Shown here: piece after piece, positions 27,043 to 35,750 of the stretch
Position numbering within the stretch: the first letter of the stretch is position 1
Layout: each line of letters opens with the position of its first letter
Origin: a virus
Lineage: Duplodnaviria; Caudoviricetes
Length of the DNA stretch: 45,625 nucleotides
Direction: 5' to 3' (one strand)
IMG/VR virus record: IMGVR_UViG_3300030376_008845
Span: 1-45,625 of that record
Made by a program: the position numbers and the translations under genes
Notes under the pieces: model-generated
What the model was told of the DNA's origin: nothing
The model's input: the letters and a program-made list of their open reading frames with translations, nothing else
Databases searched by the model: none

Positions 27043-28207
27043 AAAAAGAATAGCCATTATTGGTAAAGGAACTGCTGGTAGTTTTACGGTCGCAGATTTT
27101 ACTAGAAATACACCTTATGAAGTGTCATGGCATTTTGACCCAGATATACCTACCCAATCAGTAGGTGAAGGTTCAACTTTATATCTTCCACATTCTTTAA
27201 CTTTTAATTTAGACTTTAAAATAGAAGATTTAAATAAAATTGAAGGGCATATTAAAAGAGGTGTTAAGAAATTAGATTGGAATGGTACAGGAGACTATAT
27301 GAGTTCTTTTCCTTTAGATGCTGCTGGATTACATTTTAATGCTGTAAAACTTCAAGATTATACCTTCAATTATTTAAAAGATAAAATCCAAATTATTTCC
27401 CAAAATACTAATCCTTCAAATATAGATGCTGATTATATTATAGATTGTTCGGGAAAACCTACTGTATACAATGAATTTTATGAAGCTGAATACATTCCTT
27501 TAAATGCCTGCCATGTTACTACATGTAACTGGGAGTATCCTAAATTCGACTATACCTTATGTGTAGCTAGACCTTATGGATGGGTATTTGGCATTCCTTT
27601 ACAAAGTAGATGTTCTATAGGTTATTTATATAATTCTAATATTAATACCTTAGAAGAAGTAAAAGAAGACGTTAAAAATATTTTTCAAAGATTTAACTTA
27701 ACCCCAAGTGATAAATCTAAAAATTTAAATTTTAAAAATTATTTTAGAAAACAAAATTTTACTGAAAGAATAGCATATAATGGAAATGCATCGTTTTTTT
27801 TAGAACCAATGGAAGCCAGTTCTACAGGTATGATGTATTGGATTAATGAAAAATCTAAACAAATTATTGGTGACCCAACCCAAATTAATTCTATTAATAA
27901 CCTATATTTAAAAGAAAATATAGATATTCAAAGAATGATTATTTTACATTATTTAGCAGGAAGTCAATTTAAAACAAAATTTTGGGATTTTGCTTATACT
28001 AAAGCTAAAAAATGTTTTACTGATTCTTATTTTATAGAAGATTTTAAACAACAGTATGACTATACTAATTTTTGTATTTCTAATAAAACTTATAATATTC
28101 CCCACCCCGAATTACCTGCTTTAGGTGGGTGGGTTATAAATAATTACATTCAAAACATATTAGGGTTAAACTTAAATAATAAATTAAATAAATTATTAAA
28201 TATATAA
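27023..28207 (+). CDS. Flavin-dependent tryptophan-halogenase-like protein
   Basis: IIGKGTAG, VGEGS, IDCSG, GWVFGIPL, FFLEPMEA. Confidence 0.8.
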   Translation: MNIIENKKRIAIIGKGTAGSFTVADFTRNTPYEVSWHFDPDIPTQSVGEGSTLYLPHSLTFNLDFKIEDLNKIEGHIKRGVKKLDWNGTGDYMSSFPLDAAGLHFNAVKLQDYTFNYLKDKIQIISQNTNPSNIDADYIIDCSGKPTVYNEFYEAEYIPLNACHVTTCNWEYPKFDYTLCVARPYGWVFGIPLQSRCSIGYLYNSNINTLEEVKEDVKNIFQRFNLTPSDKSKNLNFKNYFRKQNFTERIAYNGNASFFLEPMEASSTGMMYWINEKSKQIIGDPTQINSINNLYLKENIDIQRMIILHYLAGSQFKTKFWDFAYTKAKKCFTDSYFIEDFKQQYDYTNFCISNKTYNIPHPELPALGGWVINNYIQNILGLNLNNKLNKLLNI

Positions 28208-28208
28208 T

Positions 28209-28469
28209 ATGGCATTATCAAAACAATCATTAAGAAAAGGAGTTCATGTAATAATGAACGATAAATTAGCTACTAAAGAAGAACTTATAGAAATGAGTGA
28301 ATCTTGGAGTGAAAAACGCGAAGTATTTTTTCGTAAAATGCTCCAACAAGGAGGCAAATTTAAATTTGATGGAATTAATTTTGAAATTAAAATAAGAGAG
28401 CGTATATTGAATACACTCGGAGAAGTAGATGGAGGAATAGTTCAAATCCCTGGAGACAGCGCATTTTAA
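28209..28469 (+). CDS. Hypothetical protein
   Basis: 86 aa ORF inside the polB split. Confidence 0.7.
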   Translation: MALSKQSLRKGVHVIMNDKLATKEELIEMSESWSEKREVFFRKMLQQGGKFKFDGINFEIKIRERILNTLGEVDGGIVQIPGDSAF

Positions 28470-28472
28470 AGT

Positions 28473-29030
28473 ATGGAGAAATTTATTCAAGTACATGATA
28501 ATATTTTTGATTCAACCCTTCAAAATGAAATAGAAAACTTTTGTTTAGGTTTATCTTATAAATTTACTGATACTTCAACAACTATATCAAAAGATCAACC
28601 TTATTGTCCTATTTTTGGCCATGTATTTCTCCCAGATAAAAAATATTCAACTGATTTTTTAAGTAATATAGTATATGGGTTATCTTCATTTATAAAAAAG
28701 CCAATATTACAAGTTTTACAAGGAAGAGCCTATATCCAGGTCCCTAATAATTCAATATCTATTCATCCACCCCATGTTGATTTAAAATTTCCTCATTGGG
28801 TATGTTTATATTACGTAAATGATAGTGATGGAGATACAATATTTTATAAAGATGATAAAAAAACAGAAATAAAAAGAGTATCTCCCAAAAGGGGGAGAGT
28901 TGCTTTTTTTGATGGAAGTATATATCATAGTGCTTCTACTCCTACTAAACACCATAGAATGGCAATCAATATTAGTTTTTTATCTTTAATCCATATGAAT
29001 GAAGAAATAAATGCAATGCATAATCTATGA
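28473..29030 (+). CDS. 2OG-Fe(II) oxygenase (paralogue A)
   Basis: PHVD...LYYVNDSDGDT...PKRGR..FFDG..YH...RMAIN. Confidence 0.85.
   Translation: MEKFIQVHDNIFDSTLQNEIENFCLGLSYKFTDTSTTISKDQPYCPIFGHVFLPDKKYSTDFLSNIVYGLSSFIKKPILQVLQGRAYIQVPNNSISIHPPHVDLKFPHWVCLYYVNDSDGDTIFYKDDKKTEIKRVSPKRGRVAFFDGSIYHSASTPTKHHRMAINISFLSLIHMNEEINAMHNL
28794..28831 (+). repeat. 38-bp perfect direct repeat, copy 1
   Basis: CATTGGGTATGTTTATATTACGTAAATGATAGTGATGG, identical to 30298..30335. Confidence 0.85.
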
Positions 29031-29950
29031 AACATTTAGAGACAACACCTTGGTTTATATGCGATGAAGATGATACGAATTTATGTGCTTATGTAGATAC
29101 AGATTCGAATTATTTTAATGCTGAACCTCTACTATTACATTTATATCCTGATTTTGAACAAAAAACAAATGAAGAAAAGGATGAAATATTAGAGAAGGTC
29201 GCTTTATATTATCAAGATCTTATTTCTGATCATTATGATAATCTTGCTAGAGATTGTTTTAATGTTACTGACCATAGATTGGAGATGAAAACAGAGTGTG
29301 TTATTCGTTCTGCTTATTTTAGAGCCACTAGACGTTATGCTCAGTGGATTACTAAACAAGAAGGTATTGAAAAAGAATCATTAGATGTTAAAGGATTAGA
29401 ATATAAAAAATCTAATTTCCCTAAAGTATTTGGTAATTTTTTTAAACAAGTAGTTGAAGATGTTTTAAAAGGAACACAACAAAGCGAAATTGATACTCGT
29501 ATACTTGATTTTAAAAAGAAGATATTAAGCGACATGCCCATTGGAGAATTAGGTAATCCTACGGGAGTTAAAACGTTAAATAAATACATTGAACGCAAGC
29601 CCGTAGGTGGAGAAGCATTTACTATTATACGTAAAGGTGCACCTGCCGCTGTACGAGCTACTATTAAATACAATGATTTACTTAAATATTGGAAATTAGA
29701 TAACCAATATGAAACAATTGTCCAGGGTAGTAAAGTTAAATGGATTTATTTAAAAAAGAATCCATATAATATTGAAGCACTAGCCTATCTTGATTATAAT
29801 ATGCCTCCTAAAATTAAAGAATTTTTAGATAAATTTGCTGATAAAGAAAAGGTGTTTGATACTATATTATTAAATAAATTAGAAGGATTTTATGATGATT
29901 TAGGATGGAAGTTAGTTACAAATCCCTATGTCAACCAGTTTTTTATATAA
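29027..29950 (+). CDS. polB: DNA polymerase family B, C-terminal subunit (motif C, thumb)
   Basis: YVDTDS, RRYA, VKGLEYKKS; C-terminal VNQFFI resembles a clamp-binding tail. Confidence 0.92.
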   Translation: MKHLETTPWFICDEDDTNLCAYVDTDSNYFNAEPLLLHLYPDFEQKTNEEKDEILEKVALYYQDLISDHYDNLARDCFNVTDHRLEMKTECVIRSAYFRATRRYAQWITKQEGIEKESLDVKGLEYKKSNFPKVFGNFFKQVVEDVLKGTQQSEIDTRILDFKKKILSDMPIGELGNPTGVKTLNKYIERKPVGGEAFTIIRKGAPAAVRATIKYNDLLKYWKLDNQYETIVQGSKVKWIYLKKNPYNIEALAYLDYNMPPKIKEFLDKFADKEKVFDTILLNKLEGFYDDLGWKLVTNPYVNQFFI

Positions 29951-30495
29951 TGGAAAAATTTATAGAAGTATTTGATAATGTCCTTTCTCCCTTATTAGAA
30001 GATAATATAGAAAATTTTATATTAAAGTCAAATAATATAAAATGGGATTTTAATCCTAATATAAGTGGTGTATCTAATAATCAAATTTATGGATTTCAAA
30101 ATACTTTTTTTTCAAAATTTGATAATATTATTATAGAAGATATTTTTTCTCCTTTATTTCAAGTACTTTATAGTTTACCTTTATCAACTCCCATTAGTAT
30201 TGTTGAAATCCTTCAATCAAGACTTTTTCTTCAAACACCTTCTCCTACTCCTGGTATTCAAAAATCCGCAATTCATACTGATCTTATAGATTTTCCACAT
30301 TGGGTATGTTTATATTACGTAAATGATAGTGATGGGGATACTGTATTCTACAATGATAATCTAAAAGAAATAAAAAGAGTATCTCCTAAAAAAGGAAGAA
30401 TTGCTTTTTTTGATGGAAGTATTAAACATACAGGAAGTACTCCTAAAACTTTAAGAGCTAATATTAATTTTAATTTTATAGGTAATAAGTTATGA
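29950..30495 (+). CDS. 2OG-Fe(II) oxygenase (paralogue B)
   Basis: Start moved to TAATG at 29950; HTD...LYYVNDSDGDT...KH...RANIN. Confidence 0.85.
   Translation: MEKFIEVFDNVLSPLLEDNIENFILKSNNIKWDFNPNISGVSNNQIYGFQNTFFSKFDNIIIEDIFSPLFQVLYSLPLSTPISIVEILQSRLFLQTPSPTPGIQKSAIHTDLIDFPHWVCLYYVNDSDGDTVFYNDNLKEIKRVSPKKGRIAFFDGSIKHTGSTPKTLRANINFNFIGNKL
30298..30335 (+). repeat. 38-bp perfect direct repeat, copy 2
   Basis: Identical to 28794..28831. Confidence 0.85.
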
Positions 30496-31193
30496 TATAT
30501 ATTTTTGATGTAGATGGAACACTAACACCATCTCGAGGACTAATTGATCCTACTTTTAAAACATTTTTTCAAGCCTTTATTAAAAAAAATCGTGTTTGGT
30601 TAATTTCTGGTAGTGATAGAGATAAAACAATCGAACAAGTTGGATTTGATATATGGGGTTCAGCAGAACGTTGCTATCAAAATTCAGGTAATCAACTTTT
30701 TATTAATGATAAACTAGAATACCAGTATGAATTTGAATTACCAATTCAATGTGAAGGTTTACTAGAAATGTTTTTAGAAAGGTCTGAATATCCACATCGA
30801 TATGGGAATCATATTGAAAAACGAGATGGTGCTGTTAATTTTTCTGTTGTAGGTAGAAATTGTAACCAAGAACAAAGAGAACATTATGATGCATGGGATA
30901 AAGAACACCAAGAACGCAAAGAATTTGCTTGGGAAATTAGAGAAAGATTTATTGCTTTAGATGCCGTAGTAGGTGGTGAAATTAGTATTGACATCTATGA
31001 AAAAGGTAAAGATAAAGGACAAATTGTAAAAGATATTAAAGGTAAATTTGAATTCTTTGGAGACAGATTATATCCAGGAGGAAACGATTTCCCAATCGAA
31101 CAACAAATTATAACTCAAAAACGTAAAGGTTGTAAAACTCACCGTGTAGAGAGTTGGAGAGACACAGAAAAATTATTACATTCACTGACATGA
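30492..31193 (+). CDS. HAD-IIB phosphomannomutase (eukaryotic-type PMM family)
   Basis: FDVDGTLT, SGSD, VNFSVVGRN, GGEISID, FFGDRLYPGGND. Confidence 0.85.
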   Translation: MIYIFDVDGTLTPSRGLIDPTFKTFFQAFIKKNRVWLISGSDRDKTIEQVGFDIWGSAERCYQNSGNQLFINDKLEYQYEFELPIQCEGLLEMFLERSEYPHRYGNHIEKRDGAVNFSVVGRNCNQEQREHYDAWDKEHQERKEFAWEIRERFIALDAVVGGEISIDIYEKGKDKGQIVKDIKGKFEFFGDRLYPGGNDFPIEQQIITQKRKGCKTHRVESWRDTEKLLHSLT

Positions 31194-31573
31194 AAATAGA
31201 GGTATCAAACGGGGAGATAGTAGATAAAATGACTATCCTAGAATTAAAGCTAGACAAAATTGAGAATAAAACTCAATTAGATAACATCGCTAAAGAATGG
31301 GAAGTTCTTAATGATTGTGTTATGCATTTATTTCAAATTTTTGGTGATAAAGTATTATACAATAAAGTAGATGAACTATCAGAAATTAATAGTCAACTTT
31401 GGGATGTAGAAGATTGGATTCGTGAATGCGAATCGGAACAACGTTTTGACAAAGAATTCGTGGAGTTAGCTAGATCTGTTTATAGATTAAATGATCAAAG
31501 AGCACAACTTAAAAAAGACATTAATATATTAACTAAATCAAATTTCGTTGAAGAAAAGTCATATAGTAAGTAA
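31190..31573 (+). CDS. DUF6165-like protein
   Basis: Start at ATGA overlap; MKIEVSNGEIVDKMTILELK...LWDVED.IR...LARSVY..ND.R. Confidence 0.75.
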   Translation: MKIEVSNGEIVDKMTILELKLDKIENKTQLDNIAKEWEVLNDCVMHLFQIFGDKVLYNKVDELSEINSQLWDVEDWIRECESEQRFDKEFVELARSVYRLNDQRAQLKKDINILTKSNFVEEKSYSK

Positions 31574-32267
31574 CATAGAAAAATACTATTTAAATGGTTT
31601 AACTAAAGAAGTAGTATGGAATTTAGTTGGTGGTAAAGCAACAATTGACTTTGCTACCGAAACTAAAGATGCTGTTGGTCAAGTAATATTTGACATGCCT
31701 TTACCAGATGGTCCTTTAGCAATCTATAGCACAGATGCTTTACTACGTTTAATTAATATTACCAGTGAAGAAATACAAATTGAATTAAGTGAAGGTCCTA
31801 CTGGTTTAGTTGATAAACTAAAAATACAGGATAATAAATTTGATTTAAATTATCACCTGAGTGATATTAATTCAATGCCTGAGGTACCTAAAGTAGCAGA
31901 AACCGATTATGATTTTAACTTTAAAGTAGACGATGAATTTATTACTGGTTTTCTTAAAGCACACAACGCACTAGAAAAAGTAAAAGATGTTACTTTAAAT
32001 ACTACAACAACAAAACAAGGTGAAAATGTAGTTGAAATTATATTAGGCGAACGCTCACAACATTCACATAAAGTTAAATTTACTGAATTAGCTACATTTG
32101 AATCACCAAGTGATATTTTACCATTTTCAGCTAATGTATTACGTGAAGTATTAGCAGCTAATAAAGGTACAGAAGGTAATATCTATGTAAGTAATAAAGG
32201 GTTAATGAAATTAGAATTTAACTCTGAAGAAAGTACAGCAAAATATTTTATAGTAAGACAACAATGA
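31548..32267 (+). CDS. DNA sliding clamp (gp45/PCNA-like)
   Basis: About 240 aa two-domain alpha/beta pattern ending KGLMKLEF...KYFIV; in a replication module with polB and clamp loader. Confidence 0.68.
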   Translation: MKKSHIVSNIEKYYLNGLTKEVVWNLVGGKATIDFATETKDAVGQVIFDMPLPDGPLAIYSTDALLRLINITSEEIQIELSEGPTGLVDKLKIQDNKFDLNYHLSDINSMPEVPKVAETDYDFNFKVDDEFITGFLKAHNALEKVKDVTLNTTTTKQGENVVEIILGERSQHSHKVKFTELATFESPSDILPFSANVLREVLAANKGTEGNIYVSNKGLMKLEFNSEESTAKYFIVRQQ

Positions 32268-32827
32268 GAAAGAAATTTATAGAAGTTTATGATGATCTTG
32301 TACCTAAGTTTATACAAGATAGTATAGAAACAACATTATTAGTTAATTCTGAGGTTCCTTTATATTATGTTGATAATGTAGCAACTGCAGTTGAGGGAAG
32401 AAATTATTCTCCTGGTTTTTCAAATAATTTTTATAATGTTGCAGATGCTAAACTTACAGGATTTTCACCTTTATTTTTAGAAGTTCTTTATAGATTAGGG
32501 AATGCTGTTAATGTATCTATAGACTATATTTACCAAGGTAGAGTTTTTGTTCAAGTCCCACCCCAAATCCCTTCCCCAGATGATATTCATGTAGATTTAG
32601 ATGAACCACATTACGTATGTTTATATTATATAAATGATACTGATGGAGATACAATTATTTTTGATGATGATAGGAAAGAAATACAAAGAATTACTCCTAA
32701 AAAAGGTAGAATAGTATTTTTTGATGGTTCTTTAGAACATTGTAGTTCAAAACCTTCAAAAACAACAAGGGCAGTAATAAATGTTGATTTTTGGGGAACT
32801 AAATTTGGAGAAGAAGAAAAATTTTAA
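32264..32827 (+). CDS. 2OG-Fe(II) oxygenase (paralogue C)
   Basis: HVD...LYYINDTDGDT...PKKGR..FFDG..EH...RAVIN. Confidence 0.85.
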   Translation: MRKKFIEVYDDLVPKFIQDSIETTLLVNSEVPLYYVDNVATAVEGRNYSPGFSNNFYNVADAKLTGFSPLFLEVLYRLGNAVNVSIDYIYQGRVFVQVPPQIPSPDDIHVDLDEPHYVCLYYINDTDGDTIIFDDDRKEIQRITPKKGRIVFFDGSLEHCSSKPSKTTRAVINVDFWGTKFGEEEKF

Positions 32828-32835
32828 TATATTTA
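32804..32835 (+). promoter_or_regulatory. Promoter for hsp20
   Basis: TTTG(32804)-20 nt-TATATTTA(32828). Confidence 0.7.
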
Positions 32836-32841
32836 TAGTAA

Positions 32842-32902
32842 ATAACTGAGACTCTAGGGCGAGCAGTTATAGTTTTATGTTTAATCGGTGAGCTAAGCCA
32901 CC
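32842..32902 (+). promoter_or_regulatory. Structured 5' UTR of hsp20
   Basis: Hairpin 1 ATAACTG..CTC/GAG.CAGTTAT; hairpin 2 GGTG.GC-TAA-GCCACC. Confidence 0.45.
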
Positions 32903-32917
32903 ACAAATTTTAATGAT

Positions 32918-33328
32918 ATGAGTACATTATTTTATGAACGTACACCGTTCGACATTTTATTCAGAAATTTCTTCCAAGATGGAAGCCAATACAACCCAGT
33001 TGTAGACACTAAACTTTCCCACCCAGTAGATATTTACACATCTGACAGCGGGCTAACATTTGAGATAGCTTGTACGGGTATTTCTAAAAGTGATATTGAG
33101 TTACTTACTCAAGATAACACTTTAAGAGTTAATTACACAAAATCCAAAGAAGATAAAGACGTAGACTATATCCATAGAGGTGTAGCTAAACGTTCATTCA
33201 ACTTAGGATGGAAAATCGATAGTAAATTTGATTTATCTAAAGCAAACGCAAATTTTGCTGATGGGTTATTGACAGTTGACGTACCATTTTCCAAAGGTTC
33301 GGAGCTAAAAAAGTTGCAAATTAAGTAA
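32918..33328 (+). CDS. Small heat-shock protein (Hsp20/IbpA-like)
   Basis: HPVDIY, YIHRGVAKRSF, ANFADGLLTV alpha-crystallin motifs. Confidence 0.92.
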   Translation: MSTLFYERTPFDILFRNFFQDGSQYNPVVDTKLSHPVDIYTSDSGLTFEIACTGISKSDIELLTQDNTLRVNYTKSKEDKDVDYIHRGVAKRSFNLGWKIDSKFDLSKANANFADGLLTVDVPFSKGSELKKLQIK

Positions 33329-33345
33329 AAAGTTTCGCCCTGGAG

Positions 33346-33377
33346 CTAGGTTATTTAAAATATCTTTCGTATATTGA
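33346..33377 (+). promoter_or_regulatory. Promoter upstream of the groES/groEL unit
   Basis: CTAG-20 nt-TATATTGA in the context TTTCGTATATTGAC; -33 element degenerate. Confidence 0.6.
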
Positions 33378-33400
33378 CGTAAACAAACAGTTATAAAAAT

Positions 33401-33682
33401 ATGGCAAATCCAAACTTTAAAGGAAGACCTGTTGGTTCAGGCAAATCCACATTCATTGAAGATCCTATAATGGGAGACTTTAAAATTGCTATTGATGAAT
33501 ATAGCTTTAATGTAATTGATACTATAAAAACTAAAACAGTAGGTTTTTATACTACATTACCACAAGCAATATTAGCGATAGCAAAACATCAAATGCTCGA
33601 AGATCGAACTTATGCTTTGACCGAGTATGCTGAGCAATTTAAAGAAACACACTTAAAACTTAAAGAAGCAATTTTAAAATGA
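33401..33682 (+). CDS. Hypothetical protein
   Basis: 93 aa; N-terminal KGRPVGS. Confidence 0.7.
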   Translation: MANPNFKGRPVGSGKSTFIEDPIMGDFKIAIDEYSFNVIDTIKTKTVGFYTTLPQAILAIAKHQMLEDRTYALTEYAEQFKETHLKLKEAILK

Positions 33683-33792
33683 GTAAAGCACGTGGACAAT
33701 CGCCTATGCGTAGATATAAAAGGCAAGATCGATTTAAATTAACAACAAATCAAGGTAATCAAATAAACAAAGCTAAATTTAGTAAAAAATGA
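33679..33792 (+). CDS. Small basic peptide (37 aa, not in ORF track)
   Basis: ATGA overlaps at both ends; MSKARGQSPMRRYKRQDRF... Confidence 0.5.
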   Translation: MSKARGQSPMRRYKRQDRFKLTTNQGNQINKAKFSKK

Positions 33793-34079
33793 GTAAATTA
33801 AAACCAGTTAATGGAAATATTATTCTTCGACCTATCGAGGAAGAAGAACAAATGTCTGGAAACATTATTATCCCAGATATGGGTAAAGAAAGGCCCGAAA
33901 TGGGGGAAATTATTGCTATTTCAGAAGTTTATAATTTTAATAGAGGAGAATATTTAACCTCAATATTAAAAGTTGGTATGAAAGTGTTAATTCCTAAAAT
34001 GGGTGCACAGTCAATTACTATTGACGGAGAAGAATATTATATAACAGCACAAAATTCGGTGCTATCAATTGTTGAATAA
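33789..34079 (+). CDS. groES: Co-chaperonin GroES
   Basis: LKPVNG.IIL, SGNIIIPD..KERP..G, LKVG.KVL. Confidence 0.93.
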   Translation: MSKLKPVNGNIILRPIEEEEQMSGNIIIPDMGKERPEMGEIIAISEVYNFNRGEYLTSILKVGMKVLIPKMGAQSITIDGEEYYITAQNSVLSIVE

Positions 34080-35734
34080 TGAGAGCTACTACAGAAACAG
34101 TATTTGGGAAAAATTTAAAAAATAAACTTCTAGAAGGAGTACAAAAATTAAATAATAGTGTATCATCTACACTTGGCCCAGCAGGAAGAACCGTTTTGAT
34201 TAAAGAAAATAATGGAGAATTAAAAATAACTAAAGATGGAGTTACAGTAGCTAGATCTTTTCATGATTTAGAAGACCAAACTGAATCTTTAGGGTCTGAA
34301 TTAGCTAAAAAAGTATCAATCAAATCTGCCAATGAAGTAGGGGATGGTACTACTACTTCAACTGTACTAGCTACATCTATTCTAGAAGAAGGGATTAAAC
34401 AAATTAATGATGGTTCTAATCCTGTTAGTATCAAGAAAGGTATTGATGAAGCTGTATCAACAGTAGTATCTAAACTAAAAGAAATATCTACTGAAATTAC
34501 TGATGATTCACAAATCAAAGAAGTTGCAACTATTTCAGGTAATAATGATTCTGAAATTGGTAATTTAATTTCAACAGCCTTAGATAAAGTAGGTCGAGAG
34601 GGAATTGTAGCTATCGAAGAATCTAAAACAGGTGAAACTTCACTTGAAGTAGTAGAAGGAATGCAATTTGATCGTGGTTTTAAATCACCTTACTTTGTTA
34701 CTGATAATAATACTATGCAAGCTGTTTTGGATGACTCTTATGTTTTAATTTATGATGGTCGTATTACTCAAGCTAATGAATTAGTAAATGTTTTAAATAA
34801 AGTAAGTAGTGAATCTAAACCCTTACTTATTGTAGCTGAAGATATTGATAATGAAGCATTAGCAACCCTTATTGTCAATAAAATGAGAGGCACTATCCAA
34901 GCAGTAGCGGTTAAAGCACCTGAATTTGGTGATAGACGAACTATGGCATTAGAAGATCTGGCTATAATTACAGGTGGGCAAGTTATTTCAAAAAGTAAAG
35001 GTCATAAGCTTGATAAACTTCAACCTACTCAATTTAGTGAATTATTAGGTTCGGCCCGCAAAATAACAGTAGAAAAAGAAGTTACTACTATTATAGATGG
35101 TAAAGGTGATGAAACTAATATTTCTACTAGAGCAAATGAAATTAAACAACAATTAGACGACGCTACTTCAGCTTTTGAAAAAGAAAAATTACAAGAAAGA
35201 TTAGGTAAATTAGTTGGAGGTGTAGCAATTATTAATGTTGGTGGAAATAGTGAAATTGAAATTAGAGAGAAAAAAGATCGAGTTGAAGATGCTTTATTTG
35301 CTACTAAAGCCGCACTTGATGAAGGTATTGTAATTGGTGGTGGTACTGCTTTATTATATGCTGCTGGTGCTATTGACCCACTTGGAAATGATGATGTTGC
35401 TATTGGACGTAGAATCGTAAAACAAGCAATTACAGAACCATTTGTTAAAATTTTAACTAATGCCGGACATGATATAAATGATATTAGATATGCTTCATTT
35501 AAATTAATCGATTCAGGTAATGATACATGGACAGGATTAAATTATAAAGATTTATCAATAATAAATTTTAAAAAAGAAGGAATCATTGATCCTAAAAAAG
35601 TAACACGTATTGCTTTGGAAAATGCTGCTTCAATTGCAGGTACTATTTTAACAACTGAATCTGTTGTATATGAAAAACTTCATTACAAAGAAAATGAAGA
35701 ACCCAAATTAGACCCAATGCAGGGGATGATGTAA
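34079..35734 (+). CDS. groEL: Chaperonin GroEL
   Basis: TLGP.GR, ITKDGVTVA, GDGTTT, EGMQFDRG, KAPEFGDRR, GIIDP.KVTR, GMM tail. Confidence 0.97.
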   Translation: MRATTETVFGKNLKNKLLEGVQKLNNSVSSTLGPAGRTVLIKENNGELKITKDGVTVARSFHDLEDQTESLGSELAKKVSIKSANEVGDGTTTSTVLATSILEEGIKQINDGSNPVSIKKGIDEAVSTVVSKLKEISTEITDDSQIKEVATISGNNDSEIGNLISTALDKVGREGIVAIEESKTGETSLEVVEGMQFDRGFKSPYFVTDNNTMQAVLDDSYVLIYDGRITQANELVNVLNKVSSESKPLLIVAEDIDNEALATLIVNKMRGTIQAVAVKAPEFGDRRTMALEDLAIITGGQVISKSKGHKLDKLQPTQFSELLGSARKITVEKEVTTIIDGKGDETNISTRANEIKQQLDDATSAFEKEKLQERLGKLVGGVAIINVGGNSEIEIREKKDRVEDALFATKAALDEGIVIGGGTALLYAAGAIDPLGNDDVAIGRRIVKQAITEPFVKILTNAGHDINDIRYASFKLIDSGNDTWTGLNYKDLSIINFKKEGIIDPKKVTRIALENAASIAGTILTTESVVYEKLHYKENEEPKLDPMQGMM

Positions 35735-35750
35735 ATTTAAATTAATTAAA

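Noticed and set aside
26600-29100. Split intein, group I intron or ribosomal hop joining the polB halves
   Set aside because: No intein terminal motifs, no visible intron core or homing endonuclease, and the gap is filled by four intact genes.
32836-33400. CIRCE operator for the chaperone genes
   Set aside because: TTAGCACTC-N9-GAGTGCTAA is not present.
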